A DNA stretch of 64,000 nt. It comes from Parcubacteria bacterium C7867-006 (GTDB lineage: Bacteria; Patescibacteriota; Minisyncoccia; Phycocordibacterales; DATDWN01). Location: contig LFCP01000004.1 in assembly GCA_001189155.1 (NCBI GenBank), positions 133,618-197,617 of the forward strand, read 5' to 3'. The notes beneath the pieces were generated by a model. It was given only the letters and a program-made list of their open reading frames with translations. It searched no databases and was not told the DNA's origin. A program made the translations under genes and the position numbers. Shown here piece after piece: positions 43,503 to 53,270 of the stretch (positions are counted from its first letter, which is position 1; each line of letters opens with the position of its first letter).

Positions 43503-44834
43503 ATGTCTGGACTAACGATGCTGTCGCTCGTCTTGACGGCACTGTTTCTCCTCTTCGCATTCTACCAGTCGAGGCCGAGCAAAACAGCCAAACCTGAAGA
43601 AGGACAAGAGAAGAAGTCGTCAAACGAACGACACAACCTTTGGTATCACCTGGGGTTCGTCGATGACACACCGAACCTGATTCGTCAGGTCGTCGCTGGA
43701 AGCGCAAAAAGCGGCCGGCCGATCAGGTACTTTGGGAACCTGCACGACGGGGTTATTGATGAGGCCACTGGCATCATTACATCCAACCCTAACCCACCCC
43801 TCCTTTCGGAGGGTTGGTTCCTGAATTTGATCAGGAAACACTTCGGCAAACGCTGGTGTCGCATTCCGATCATCCAGCATGTGAAGCCTTTGACGATTGA
43901 CCGGGTGGTCAGCAAGGACACCAAGTCAACTGTCAACGAACTCTCCGATGAACTTGACGCCTCAACAGTCGTCAAGGAAGGTCTCTACCGACTGATTCTT
44001 CGCCCAACCCTTCACAAGGATGTTGACGCGAAGAACAACATCCGGTTTAGCGTAATCAGTTACGCTGTTCTGGAAGTGTTCGACGCCAAACCGGCGTTCA
44101 ACATCTACCCGGACAGCTACTTGATCACTGTCAGCAAACTGATCTCTGCTTATCTTTCGAAGAATACCTTCAAACTTTCGTACGATGAGTACAAAGAGCG
44201 AGGGAACTCCTTCGAAAAAGAGCAGATCGATGAGTTGAACGGCGTGCTTCTCAGTCTGGGAATTCGGTGCAAGGAACTTCGTATGGGCGACCCTGAACTC
44301 AACAAGAGTGTTCAGGAAAGCCTTGAAAAAGAAGCCAAGGCTGAACAAGAAGCCAAGGCTCAGAAACGAAAGGGTCAGGGCCAAAAAGACTACGATACTC
44401 TCGTGTCCGAAGGCCAGTCCCAAGCAATCAGGAATCTGGCTGCCGCCAAGGCATCCAGGTTCTCTGAACTCATCAACCTCTACAAGAACGAAGGCTTGAC
44501 TGGGTCTGAAGCAGTGGACAGAGCAAATGCAATGATCTCAGCCGAGTTCAACGCAGATGCTGTTCGACAGCTTCAAGGAACCTACGTCGCTTCAGGTAAC
44601 GGCGTTCAACTTGCCGTTATGGAGAGAAGACCAAGTGCAACTACAAGTTCGACTACCGAAGCTGCAGCTCAAGCAGCGCCTACTGGCAGTCAGTCAGTGG
44701 GCCAGGCCTCGGCTCAACCAGCTCAACCTGTGGCTCAAAAGCCTATGGCTCCGAGCACAACCCAGGCTGGTCAGACTCCGCATCAGAATCAAGGCAGGGG
44801 TCACAAAGACAAGGGCCGCCGCAACAAGAAATAA
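43503..44834 (+). CDS. GC-rich membrane-anchored protein with an SPFH/band-7-like core and a low-complexity Ala/Gln/Pro/Thr tail
   Basis: N-terminal TM helix. LGIRCKELRMGDPELNKSVQESLEKEAKAEQEAKAQ and downstream GQSQAIRNLAAAKA resemble SPFH C-terminal blocks. Line 43561-43620 is 30/60 G+C. Confidence 0.45.
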   Translation: MSGLTMLSLVLTALFLLFAFYQSRPSKTAKPEEGQEKKSSNERHNLWYHLGFVDDTPNLIRQVVAGSAKSGRPIRYFGNLHDGVIDEATGIITSNPNPPLLSEGWFLNLIRKHFGKRWCRIPIIQHVKPLTIDRVVSKDTKSTVNELSDELDASTVVKEGLYRLILRPTLHKDVDAKNNIRFSVISYAVLEVFDAKPAFNIYPDSYLITVSKLISAYLSKNTFKLSYDEYKERGNSFEKEQIDELNGVLLSLGIRCKELRMGDPELNKSVQESLEKEAKAEQEAKAQKRKGQGQKDYDTLVSEGQSQAIRNLAAAKASRFSELINLYKNEGLTGSEAVDRANAMISAEFNADAVRQLQGTYVASGNGVQLAVMERRPSATTSSTTEAAAQAAPTGSQSVGQASAQPAQPVAQKPMAPSTTQAGQTPHQNQGRGHKDKGRRNKK

Positions 44835-44949
44835 ACGGTCCAACACCATCGTTGCGGTCATTGCGATCATCACGCTGATTATCGCGAAGATCGCAACTAG
44901 CGTCTTCCACTTTCTGTCGGAGATTGGTCTTTGGTTCAAAGCGGAAGCT

Positions 44950-45825
44950 ATGAACTACTATCAAACTCCCAGTGGTGGACTGATTAGCAAGGTAATACTG
45001 GTGGTTCTCCCGGTTGCATCATTTGCGCTTGCGTACGTGATGTATCGGAGGAACCATCCAACTTCTCCGAGGTTCAAATATCGTAGTAGCCGAAGTTCGA
45101 AAGACTTCGCCGCTGCTGTGATGATGCCGTTTGGCCTGGCCATCGGCGTCGGAATCCTCTGGGGAGTTGTGTACTTCCTGGCTTGGGGGCCTGGAATTCT
45201 GCACTACTTCTCTTTCCCTATCTGGGGAAAAGCGGAAGCTAGGATGAGCACTCCAACCAACAGTGGCTTCGTCGACAAAAACGAAGTCCACCGTCGGACG
45301 GGAGAGTTCTGGTATTCCAACTTGCCACCGACCGAGGCCAAGGAGATGCTCGACATCGCCACGGAAGAGTCACATTTCCAGCAATTCAACACTGATGGGA
45401 GTGTCTTCACCGGCGTGGACGACCCAGCCGACACGGGCGTGATGCAAATCAACGTCCGTGAGAACCAGAAAGACCTGATAGCGTGGGGGCTCAACGTCAA
45501 CACTCTCGAAGGAAATCTGGAAGCGGCCAAAAGGCTTCGTCAGAAATACGGCACGAAGCCTTGGCAACGGACGGTGGATAAAATCAAAAACCGTCCGTCG
45601 CAGATAATCACCATCAAGGTGCCAAAGGAAGGTCGCAGTGAAAGGTTTACCCCCGACGGCAGATTCTGCCAGGGTCAAACCGATCTTCCAGTCACCGTAT
45701 GGGACGACAAAGGTAGGAGCCACCCAATGACTCCGACCAGCGTTCCAACTGTTCCGTCGTTGTGGTATGAGTACTCCACTCCAAGTGGAGGCTCACTCCC
45801 AACGATCACCATTTCATGCAGGTAA
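44950..45825 (+). CDS. GC-rich membrane-anchored lytic transglycosylase (SLT-domain) protein
   Basis: Catalytic block TEESHFQQFN and GVMQINV. The start is set at the first ATG after the upstream stop. The ORF-track start 44557 would overlap the upstream gene by 278 nt. Confidence 0.6.
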   Translation: MNYYQTPSGGLISKVILVVLPVASFALAYVMYRRNHPTSPRFKYRSSRSSKDFAAAVMMPFGLAIGVGILWGVVYFLAWGPGILHYFSFPIWGKAEARMSTPTNSGFVDKNEVHRRTGEFWYSNLPPTEAKEMLDIATEESHFQQFNTDGSVFTGVDDPADTGVMQINVRENQKDLIAWGLNVNTLEGNLEAAKRLRQKYGTKPWQRTVDKIKNRPSQIITIKVPKEGRSERFTPDGRFCQGQTDLPVTVWDDKGRSHPMTPTSVPTVPSLWYEYSTPSGGSLPTITISCR

Positions 45826-45831
45826 CGCAAA

Positions 45832-45866
45832 GCGCGGAGACCCTTCGGGGCCCTCCGCGCTTTTTT
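45832..45866 (+). terminator. GCGCGGAG-N13-CTCCGCGC followed by TTTTTT
   Basis: Located 6 nt after the stop TAA at 45823-45825. Confidence 0.8.
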
Positions 45867-45886
45867 CATATCTGAATTTTGTGTTG

Positions 45887-46195
45887 TTATAGTTTTAGAA
45901 AATTCGTTGCACCTGAAGAATTTATATCAGAAGATGTTATACCGAATGTTCCCATAACAAAACGTATAATCCCAAAAACAGAAAACATAATAACCATACC
46001 TGCGATCCCCCACATTATTGCACTTCTTGACTCTCCTCTAGTTTTATCAGCAGAATTTAAATCTTGATTTAGGAAATTGAATACTCCGTAAACAAAATAC
46101 AAAAACGATACCGCAAACATTAGTAACAAAAGTGGATTGATAATCAAATCAATTACTTTGTTTAGGAAAGGTACAATAGATAATGATGAGGACAT
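45887..46195 (-). CDS. TrbC/VirB2-like (type IV secretion pilin-like) small membrane protein, paralog 6
   Basis: Two hydrophobic helices flank a polar loop with the shared ..MWGI.. motif. No signal peptide. Confidence 0.45.
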   Translation of the reverse strand: MSSSLSIVPFLNKVIDLIINPLLLLMFAVSFLYFVYGVFNFLNQDLNSADKTRGESRSAIMWGIAGMVIMFSVFGIIRFVMGTFGITSSDINSSGATNFLKL

Positions 46196-46210
46196 AATTT
46201 GTCCGAAAAA

Positions 46211-46555
46211 TTAAAGACCTAGAACCTGTGGAGGTTGAATAGCTCCATTGTTAGTTACTCCCAAGTTTGTTTGCAACCAGTAAACTAGACCGTAGATAGA
46301 AAGCATCACTGCAATAGCAACAACACCCCAAATCATCTGATTTCGGCCAGCTTCCTGTGCCTTTGGATCTCCTGCAGCTCGTAGAAATACAACAAGTCCC
46401 CAGAAGAAGTAAATGATAGCTAAGGCGAACATTATTGGAATAATTCTTCCTATAATTTGTCCAAAATCCTGAACTAGAGCAGAAAGGTTACCCAATGTCT
46501 GAGCAAAAGTTAGAACTGGAGCCAAAGCTAAAGCTGAATAAATAATTTTCTTCAT
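46211..46555 (-). CDS. TrbC/VirB2-like pilin-like protein, paralog 5
   Basis: Signal peptide, then the core FFWGLVVFLRAAGDPKAQEAGRNQMIWGVV. Confidence 0.5.
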   Translation of the reverse strand: MKKIIYSALALAPVLTFAQTLGNLSALVQDFGQIIGRIIPIMFALAIIYFFWGLVVFLRAAGDPKAQEAGRNQMIWGVVAIAVMLSIYGLVYWLQTNLGVTNNGAIQPPQVLGL

Positions 46556-46641
46556 TTTTTTAAATTAACTATTAAATAACTAATGTAATAATTGTAGTAC
46601 AAAATCAATAAAAAACAAGTATATTGTGGATAAAGAAAATA

Positions 46642-47043
46642 TTAATTTCCAAATGTTGGTAAAGTATAACCACCTTGTTGTGGTGTATACAAACCAGAAG
46701 AACTACTAGTTCCATTTGGTGAGATACCGATTAGATTACCTATAGCCATTAAGATTCCATAAATTGAAAACATCACAAATAACGCAATAACTCCCCAAAG
46801 CATTTTTTTCTTTCCATCTTCTCGTGTTTTATCACTAGCCGCATCATTTAGAATAAACTGCGCTCCACCCCAAAAGAAAAAAGCCATTGCAAGACCAAAC
46901 ACAATTCTAATTCCAAAATTAATAAGTCCACCAAAATCCACAAGTAATGTTCTGAGACTGTCTAGAGCAGCAAAAGAGACAACCGGTAAAACCAGAGCCA
47001 AAGATGATGCTAAATAAATCCTTTTGTTTAATTTCATATTCAT
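46642..47043 (-). CDS. TrbC/VirB2-like pilin-like protein, paralog 4
   Basis: Signal peptide, then the core FFWGGAQFILNDAASDKTREDGKKKMLWGVI. Confidence 0.5.
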   Translation of the reverse strand: MNMKLNKRIYLASSLALVLPVVSFAALDSLRTLLVDFGGLINFGIRIVFGLAMAFFFWGGAQFILNDAASDKTREDGKKKMLWGVIALFVMFSIYGILMAIGNLIGISPNGTSSSSGLYTPQQGGYTLPTFGN

Positions 47044-47056
47044 ATTATTTTAATAA

Positions 47057-47512
47057 TTATGGTGCCGGAACCCCACTTGGTAAATTAAAAGTACTTGTAT
47101 TCTGACCACTGTTTGTTGAAGTTGGTATAAGTGGAATAGTTGATGAATCCCCTATCTCCAAATCTCGAGCTATCAATCCTATGATAGCTCTTACAGAAAT
47201 AAGAACAAACAGCACAACAACCCCCCATATCATATAATTTTTACCCTTCTGCACATCTGCTGGACTACCAGAGTTTAGAATAAACCTCGATAGACCCCAG
47301 AAAAATGCTAAGAAACTTAAAGCAAAAAGTATCGGAATAATAAGAGAGATAACATTTATTATATGGTAGATACTACAACCAAAATCAACACCTATTAAAG
47401 AAAAACTACTAGTGTCGCAAGCTGTTACTCCAGAAGTAAACTGAGAAAAAACAAAAGTTGGAAACATTAGCACTATCAGAATGAGAAACTTTAAATGTTT
47501 TTTTGTATTCAT
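47057..47512 (-). CDS. TrbC/VirB2-like pilin-like protein, paralog 3
   Basis: The start is set at ATG 47512 (MNTKKHLKF). The core is FFWGLSRFILNSGSPADVQKGKNYMIWGVV. Confidence 0.5.
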   Translation of the reverse strand: MNTKKHLKFLILIVLMFPTFVFSQFTSGVTACDTSSFSLIGVDFGCSIYHIINVISLIIPILFALSFLAFFWGLSRFILNSGSPADVQKGKNYMIWGVVVLFVLISVRAIIGLIARDLEIGDSSTIPLIPTSTNSGQNTSTFNLPSGVPAP

Positions 47513-47520
47513 ATTTTTAT

Positions 47521-47925
47521 CTAGTTCATAAGAGCTCTGACTGTATTTTCGACAACAACTGAAATAGCAGCCGCTCCCAGAAGTATACCTGCACCAATAA
47601 GTGACCATAAAAGGTTTTTCTTTGCGTCATCAATTTTCTTTGGGTTACCTTGAGCAAGAACAAACTGAAAACCTGCCCAGACAATCCAAACCACAACAGC
47701 AACAGCAGCTATTGGCATAACTATATTTGACAATATAACTCTAATCAAAGCCATAAGGTCATTACCTCCATTAAAAGGATTATCGATTTTCGCACCTATC
47801 TGTGTTGAACCTGGAGTTGGTGATTGTGTTGTTGATGGAGCTGGCATTGTTTGAGCCAACAAAATTACCGGGGCAAGCATCACAAGAAAACCCATAACAG
47901 AAAATATTTTTTTTATTTTATTCAT
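47521..47925 (-). CDS. TrbC/VirB2-like pilin-like protein, paralog 2
   Basis: Signal peptide, then the core VWAGFQFVLAQGNPKKIDDAKKNLLWSLI. Confidence 0.5.
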   Translation of the reverse strand: MNKIKKIFSVMGFLVMLAPVILLAQTMPAPSTTQSPTPGSTQIGAKIDNPFNGGNDLMALIRVILSNIVMPIAAVAVVVWIVWAGFQFVLAQGNPKKIDDAKKNLLWSLIGAGILLGAAAISVVVENTVRALMN

Positions 47926-47934
47926 AAATTTTTA

Positions 47935-48399
47935 TTAACCTAATGGTACCAAATTTTTAACATTGTTATTCAATAAACTATTTGTAATCAGTGTAACTAT
48001 GAGCCAAGCTGCTAACATAAAAAATATTCCCCAAGCAACCTTAACAAGCCTACCGTTTGCCCTTGCTCTAGCCCCCGGATTACCTCCAGATGTCATATAC
48101 TCAAAACCAACATATGCAATTATTACAACAGTAAAAGCTAGGGCAAGAGGAATAGCTATTCCAAAAAATTTCTTAACCGCATATATCAAATCATTAAAAC
48201 CACAATCCCCATAGATAGTGGTGCCGTTAGGACCAGGCCTACTACATTCATATGTTATACCAGTACTCTGACCACCTCCAGTTGTGTCTGTACTTCCACC
48301 TGGAGGAACCATTACTTGTGAATATGAAAAAACAGGTAGAGAAATAAATAAAGCTATCAAAAAGAATTTTAATATTTCTGATTTTATTTTATTTTTCAT
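47935..48399 (-). CDS. TrbC/VirB2-like pilin-like protein, paralog 1 (most divergent)
   Basis: Signal peptide followed by the same helix-GNP-loop-helix layout. Confidence 0.4.
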   Translation of the reverse strand: MKNKIKSEILKFFLIALFISLPVFSYSQVMVPPGGSTDTTGGGQSTGITYECSRPGPNGTTIYGDCGFNDLIYAVKKFFGIAIPLALAFTVVIIAYVGFEYMTSGGNPGARARANGRLVKVAWGIFFMLAAWLIVTLITNSLLNNNVKNLVPLG

Positions 48400-48400
48400 A

Positions 48401-49693
48401 TTATTTTAATTGAGCATTTAACTCCAAATTAACTCTATTGAGTGCCTCTGGTATACTAGTTTTTCCACCAGTTATAGATTCTATCATATCCCTAAACAAG
48501 TTTGAGCTTTGTGTTGGTTCTGGATCAATCCATGAGTGTGAAATCAAAGCTGAGTTATAAAATACAGTTCTGTAGGCATCTGTTGGCGCATCTGCTAACA
48601 AATCTCTTCTTACTGGAGGAAGATTAACTACAGTTTCAAGTGCTTTTATAGATGCTGGCTCTACCAAAGATACAGCTAGAGTGTATGCGCCAGCAATTTT
48701 TTGAGATTGTTTAACAATAGAGAGCGAATACATATGTCCAAATACAGATTTTTTTGGAGCATTTCTTATTTGAGGAACATAAGTTACATCAAAATTTAAG
48801 TTTGAATTTTTTTGTTGTATAGGGAATATTTCTGAAGCAAATCCAATATATGTTGCAAGATTTCCAGCTAAAAACATATTTAATGAGTTTGGTAATGATC
48901 TGTTCCATGTATAAGCAGGAGAAGTTGGATTTGAAAACTGAGTATAGAAACTGACTGCTGACTGACTAGGTGCTATAGGATAGTTAAATACAGCATTTAA
49001 AACAGATACTACATTGCTGTTTTGTCTTGTTGTAATAGGAGTACCAGCCTGAATCAATATCATTGATAGAATCTCTTTTGCATTTACTATATTTCTCCAC
49101 TCTCCCAATGCAACAGTAGCTTGTAAAATGTTCGCATTGTTATCACGTTTAGTCATTTTATTTATAAGATCATATATCTCATCCCAATATTTTGGAGGTT
49201 GAGGAATGACATTGTTTGAAAACATATCTCTATTCCAATACATAACAAGAGGATCAACAATAAAAGGCAGTGAGGTGACACCATCTGGAGCTAGAAACAT
49301 TTCCCCTTCCTCTATGAAAGTATCTTTAAATGTTCTAGCTGAATAGTTTTTATATGGAATAGTAAAAATTTTATTTCTATTCTGATAAACCCAATCATCT
49401 CTCAATATCACAAGATCAGGTCCCTTTCCGTCAGCAAGAGCCTCAACAAAGCTTTGTTGAAAATCTACAGAATCCTTTTTAACATAAGTAACTTTTATTA
49501 GTTTATTACTTGCAACAGAAGAAGCTTTATAGGCGGCATTAAAAGCATTATCACTTATTGTTCCCCAAACCAACAAATCAGCTTGAGCTGATGAAGATGA
49601 CCCTTTCGACATAGCAAACAAGAAAAGCCCGACCACTATTGAAACAGAAAAGATTGCTAAAACTGCAAGTTGAAATTTACTTAGATTATTCAT
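48401..49693 (-). CDS. Extracellular solute-binding protein (ABC-type, family 1-like), membrane anchored
   Basis: 430 aa with an N-terminal TM helix and an SBP-like alternating pattern. No permease or ATPase gene is adjacent. Confidence 0.6.
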   Translation of the reverse strand: MNNLSKFQLAVLAIFSVSIVVGLFLFAMSKGSSSSAQADLLVWGTISDNAFNAAYKASSVASNKLIKVTYVKKDSVDFQQSFVEALADGKGPDLVILRDDWVYQNRNKIFTIPYKNYSARTFKDTFIEEGEMFLAPDGVTSLPFIVDPLVMYWNRDMFSNNVIPQPPKYWDEIYDLINKMTKRDNNANILQATVALGEWRNIVNAKEILSMILIQAGTPITTRQNSNVVSVLNAVFNYPIAPSQSAVSFYTQFSNPTSPAYTWNRSLPNSLNMFLAGNLATYIGFASEIFPIQQKNSNLNFDVTYVPQIRNAPKKSVFGHMYSLSIVKQSQKIAGAYTLAVSLVEPASIKALETVVNLPPVRRDLLADAPTDAYRTVFYNSALISHSWIDPEPTQSSNLFRDMIESITGGKTSIPEALNRVNLELNAQLK

Positions 49694-49698
49694 ATCTG

Positions 49699-50226
49699 TT
49701 ACATTTTCTTAAAAATAAAACCATAATGATGGCTACCAGCTGAAACTTCTCTATCCATATGAAAACCAGCCTTTTCAAACAGAGTCTGTGCTTTATCTTT
49801 TTTTATGACCGATTTTGGAGTTGGACCTATTCCACCAAAAGAATCTGCCCAATCAACAACTAAAACTCTTCCGCCTGGTTTCAAAACCCTCTTCAATTCC
49901 TTAATCATCCCATCTTTATCATCTAATTGAAATAAAATATTTCCAAGAAAAACTAAATCAATTGAAGAATCACGAAGTTTGGTGCCGTTTGGTTTCTCTA
50001 TATCACCCCAAATAACCTCAACATTGTATAAACCCTCACGTGTAGCGTGGTTTTTGAGTTTTGTAAGTAAGTCCTTATTTACATCTATAGAATAAACACG
50101 GCCAGTAGACATCAAAGCTTTTGCAGCCGCCAGAGTGTAATGACCTGACCCACTACCAAAATCAGCAACCTCCATCCCTGCTTGTATTCCACAACTTTCA
50201 ACATTTTTTACTGGATCAGAGAACAT
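49699..50226 (-). CDS. Class I SAM-dependent methyltransferase
   Basis: Motif I VADFGSGSGHYT and motif post-II VFLGNILF. Confidence 0.75.
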   Translation of the reverse strand: MFSDPVKNVESCGIQAGMEVADFGSGSGHYTLAAAKALMSTGRVYSIDVNKDLLTKLKNHATREGLYNVEVIWGDIEKPNGTKLRDSSIDLVFLGNILFQLDDKDGMIKELKRVLKPGGRVLVVDWADSFGGIGPTPKSVIKKDKAQTLFEKAGFHMDREVSAGSHHYGFIFKKM

Positions 50227-50281
50227 AGTTTTTGTTAACTATATTGTAATACGAAAAAATATTATAAGTAAGTAGGTTATG

Positions 50282-50372
50282 AACATAGAATTTGTCGAAC
50301 CAAAAACTTTTTATAGGGGTTAGGGGTAGGGTCTGGCATATCAAAAGTTTTTGTGAGTAAAAATTCTATGTT
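50282..50372. repeat. Nested inverted repeats (AACATAGAATTT/AAATTCTATGTT and CAAAAACTTTT/AAAAGTTTTTG) enclosing the G-tract run GGGGTTAGGGGTAGGGTCTGG
   Basis: Read directly from the sequence. The outer arm abuts the gyrA stop codon. Confidence 0.8.
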
Positions 50373-52849
50373 TACAAACAAATCAATGAAGCAATACTAT
50401 CTCCGTCGCGCAACTTCATGATGCGAACTCCCTGAGTCTGTCGTCCTAACACTGGAATCTCCTTTGCATCCACTCTTATCACTTGAGACTTCTTTGAAAT
50501 AGCCACTATCTCTCCCTCACCTTCGGCAAAAACTTTTGCTGAAATAAGATTTCCTGTTTTTGGAGTAACATTTGCTGTTTTGATACCACTTCCACCTCTG
50601 TTTTGTATCTTATACTCATCTATATCTGTACACTTTCCATATCCATTTGCAGAAATAACCATCAAACTACCATTATTCATTGAGTTTGGAACTGTTTCAG
50701 CGGAAATAACAACATCACCTTTACCTAGTTTTATTGCTCTAACACCCATAGCTGTTCTTCCCATCTCTCTTATATCTGCCTCTTTAAAATGAATTGACTG
50801 ACCTTTTTGTGTAACAACTATAACTGTGTCTTTACTATGAGTGAATGAAGCAGAGACTAGTTCGTCTTTATCTTCTAGCTTGATAGCGATAATTCCTGAA
50901 ATACGCACATCGTGGAATGATGCTGTTGCTACTTTCTTTGCGACTCCCTGCTTTGTAACCATCATCAGAGAACTTGTCTCTTTCTTAACTTCTTTTGGCA
51001 TTGGTAGAACAGATGTAACACTCTCACCCTCACCTAGAGGCAAGAAGTTCATTATAGACTTACCTTTTGTTGCTCTTCGCCCTTCTGGAATATCATACAT
51101 TTTTGTTTGATATGCTTTTCCTTTGTTTGTGAAAAATAGTAGGTCGGAGTGAGTAGATGCGATAAGAAGCATTGTCACAAAATCCTCTTCTTTTGTATCC
51201 AAATCAACAACTCCAACCCCTCCTCGTTTTTGTTTTCGAAATTCATCTGGATTTGTTCTTTTTATGTATCCACCAGCAGTTAGAACTAAAGCGTTTTCCT
51301 CATCAGGAATTAAATCCTCAACTGACAAAACTTGAGCTCCGCCTTTTATAATACGAGTTCTTCTTTCATCACCATATTTCTCTTTTATTTCTTTACTTTC
51401 GTCTTTTATTATTCCCAAAATCTTTTTTGGTGATGCAAGAATCGCCTTACACTCTTCAATAAATAGTTGAACTGCTTTTAATTCATCCTCGATTTTCTTT
51501 CTTTCAAGACCAGCGAGTCTAGAAAGTTTCATTTCCAAAATAGCAGAAGCTTGGATTGCTGAAAACTTAAATTCTGACATCAAACGCTTATGTGCTTCAG
51601 TAGTGTCCTTTGAGCTTCTAATAAGTTTTATAATCTGCTCTATGTGATCAAGAGCTTTTTTAAGACCGAGTAAAATATGCTCTCTCTCAAGAGCCTTTTT
51701 CAAGTCATATTCTGTTCTGCGTCTTATAACAGTAACTCGGTGAGAGATAAAATTCTCCAAAATCCCTTTTAGAGAAAGTGTTTCTGGTACTCCGTTTACC
51801 AAAGCAAGCATATTGTAATGGAAAGTATCCTCTAGTTGAGTATGTTTATACAAATAATTCAAAACTGTTTGAGGATGCGCTGTTCCTTTGAGCTCAATAA
51901 CAATTCTAATATCTTTTGCTGACTCATCTCTAATATCTTTTATACCCTCTACTTTTTTCTCTCTATGTAAATCTACAATTTTCAAAATAAGATCTGATTT
52001 ATTAACACGAAAAGGAATAGAAGTGATAACAATCTGGAACTGACCAGACTTTGTTTCAACTATCTCAGCGTTACCACGAACAACAACACCACCTTTTCCA
52101 CTAGCATATGCATGAGCAATGTCTTTTTGATTGAAAGCAATACCTCCAATTGGAAAATCTGGTCCTTTTACAAACTCTAGTAAATCTTCAGTTGTAGCAT
52201 CTTTATTATCGGCAAGATGAATTACAGCATCCATTACCTCTCCCAAGTTATGCGGAGGAATGTTTGTTGCCATTCCAACAGCAATACCAAGTGTTCCGTT
52301 CAAAAGTAAGTTTGGAACTCTAGTTGGCAAAACCTTTGGCTCCTTCTTTGTTCCATCGTAGTTTGGAATAAAATCAACAGTTTCTTTTTCAATATCCTTC
52401 AAAAGTTCAGCAGCCAAACGAGACATTTTTGACTCTGTATATCTGTATGCAGCGGCGTTATCTCCATCAATAGAACCGAAGTTACCTTGTCCAACTATGA
52501 GTGGATATCGCATAACGAAGTCCTGAGCCATTTTCACCATTGAGTCATAAACAGCAACATCGCCATGAGGGTGGTAGTTTCCAATAACGTCTCCAACAAC
52601 AGTAGCGGATTTTCTTGTTTTACCAGAAAAAGTAAGATTATTCTCACCCATTGAGAACAAAATTCTTCTGTGTACAGGTTTCAAACCATCACGAACATCA
52701 GGAAGAGCACGGTCAGTAATAACTGACATAGCATAATCAATAAAAGAAGTTTTCATCTCATCAGTGATTTCCTGTGAGATCACATTTATATGAGGTAATG
52801 CTGCTACCGGTTCATCTCCATTACTGTCAGACTTGAGTTTTTTTGCCAT
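50372..52849 (-). CDS. gyrA: DNA gyrase subunit A
   Basis: DGLKPVHRR, the active-site AAYRYTE-like [10 protein letters not shown], and C-terminal beta-pinwheel repeats. Confidence 0.95.
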   Translation of the reverse strand: MAKKLKSDSNGDEPVAALPHINVISQEITDEMKTSFIDYAMSVITDRALPDVRDGLKPVHRRILFSMGENNLTFSGKTRKSATVVGDVIGNYHPHGDVAVYDSMVKMAQDFVMRYPLIVGQGNFGSIDGDNAAAYRYTESKMSRLAAELLKDIEKETVDFIPNYDGTKKEPKVLPTRVPNLLLNGTLGIAVGMATNIPPHNLGEVMDAVIHLADNKDATTEDLLEFVKGPDFPIGGIAFNQKDIAHAYASGKGGVVVRGNAEIVETKSGQFQIVITSIPFRVNKSDLILKIVDLHREKKVEGIKDIRDESAKDIRIVIELKGTAHPQTVLNYLYKHTQLEDTFHYNMLALVNGVPETLSLKGILENFISHRVTVIRRRTEYDLKKALEREHILLGLKKALDHIEQIIKLIRSSKDTTEAHKRLMSEFKFSAIQASAILEMKLSRLAGLERKKIEDELKAVQLFIEECKAILASPKKILGIIKDESKEIKEKYGDERRTRIIKGGAQVLSVEDLIPDEENALVLTAGGYIKRTNPDEFRKQKRGGVGVVDLDTKEEDFVTMLLIASTHSDLLFFTNKGKAYQTKMYDIPEGRRATKGKSIMNFLPLGEGESVTSVLPMPKEVKKETSSLMMVTKQGVAKKVATASFHDVRISGIIAIKLEDKDELVSASFTHSKDTVIVVTQKGQSIHFKEADIREMGRTAMGVRAIKLGKGDVVISAETVPNSMNNGSLMVISANGYGKCTDIDEYKIQNRGGSGIKTANVTPKTGNLISAKVFAEGEGEIVAISKKSQVIRVDAKEIPVLGRQTQGVRIMKLRDGDSIASLICL

Positions 52850-52902
52850 AGAATTATGAAATTTATCCCACTATTATATCATATTGAGGCCAGAATTCCA
52901 AC

Positions 52903-53265
52903 CTACAAATCAGAGCTAATGTCCTCTGTTGTGTTTGATTCTGGCTCTGAAATAGGAGAAGGGGCAGTATCATTCGATACATAGTAAGTGCTTGTACCAA
53001 TAGAATAGACTGATTCTTTTAAATTATTTATTTGATTCTTAATTCCAAAAATACCCTCTTTTATATTCTCAAAAAAACTAGTAGTCGGACTTGCTTCAAC
53101 CGAAGCTGCTGTTTGTTTTTGTTTTTCTCTAAACCTAAAATCTGGATATATAACTGAAAGCCAAACTGCAAATATAGTTCCAACTAAAACAAAAGAAGTT
53201 AGAAAAGCTATTTTCTTTTTAGAACTTTCTGATTTTTGTCTGAGTCTTTCAATAAAATCAAACAT
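52903..53265 (-). CDS. Hypothetical membrane-anchored protein
   Basis: 120 aa with one TM helix. Confidence 0.45.
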   Translation of the reverse strand: MFDFIERLRQKSESSKKKIAFLTSFVLVGTIFAVWLSVIYPDFRFREKQKQTAASVEASPTTSFFENIKEGIFGIKNQINNLKESVYSIGTSTYYVSNDTAPSPISEPESNTTEDISSDL

Positions 53266-53270
53266 TTTTA

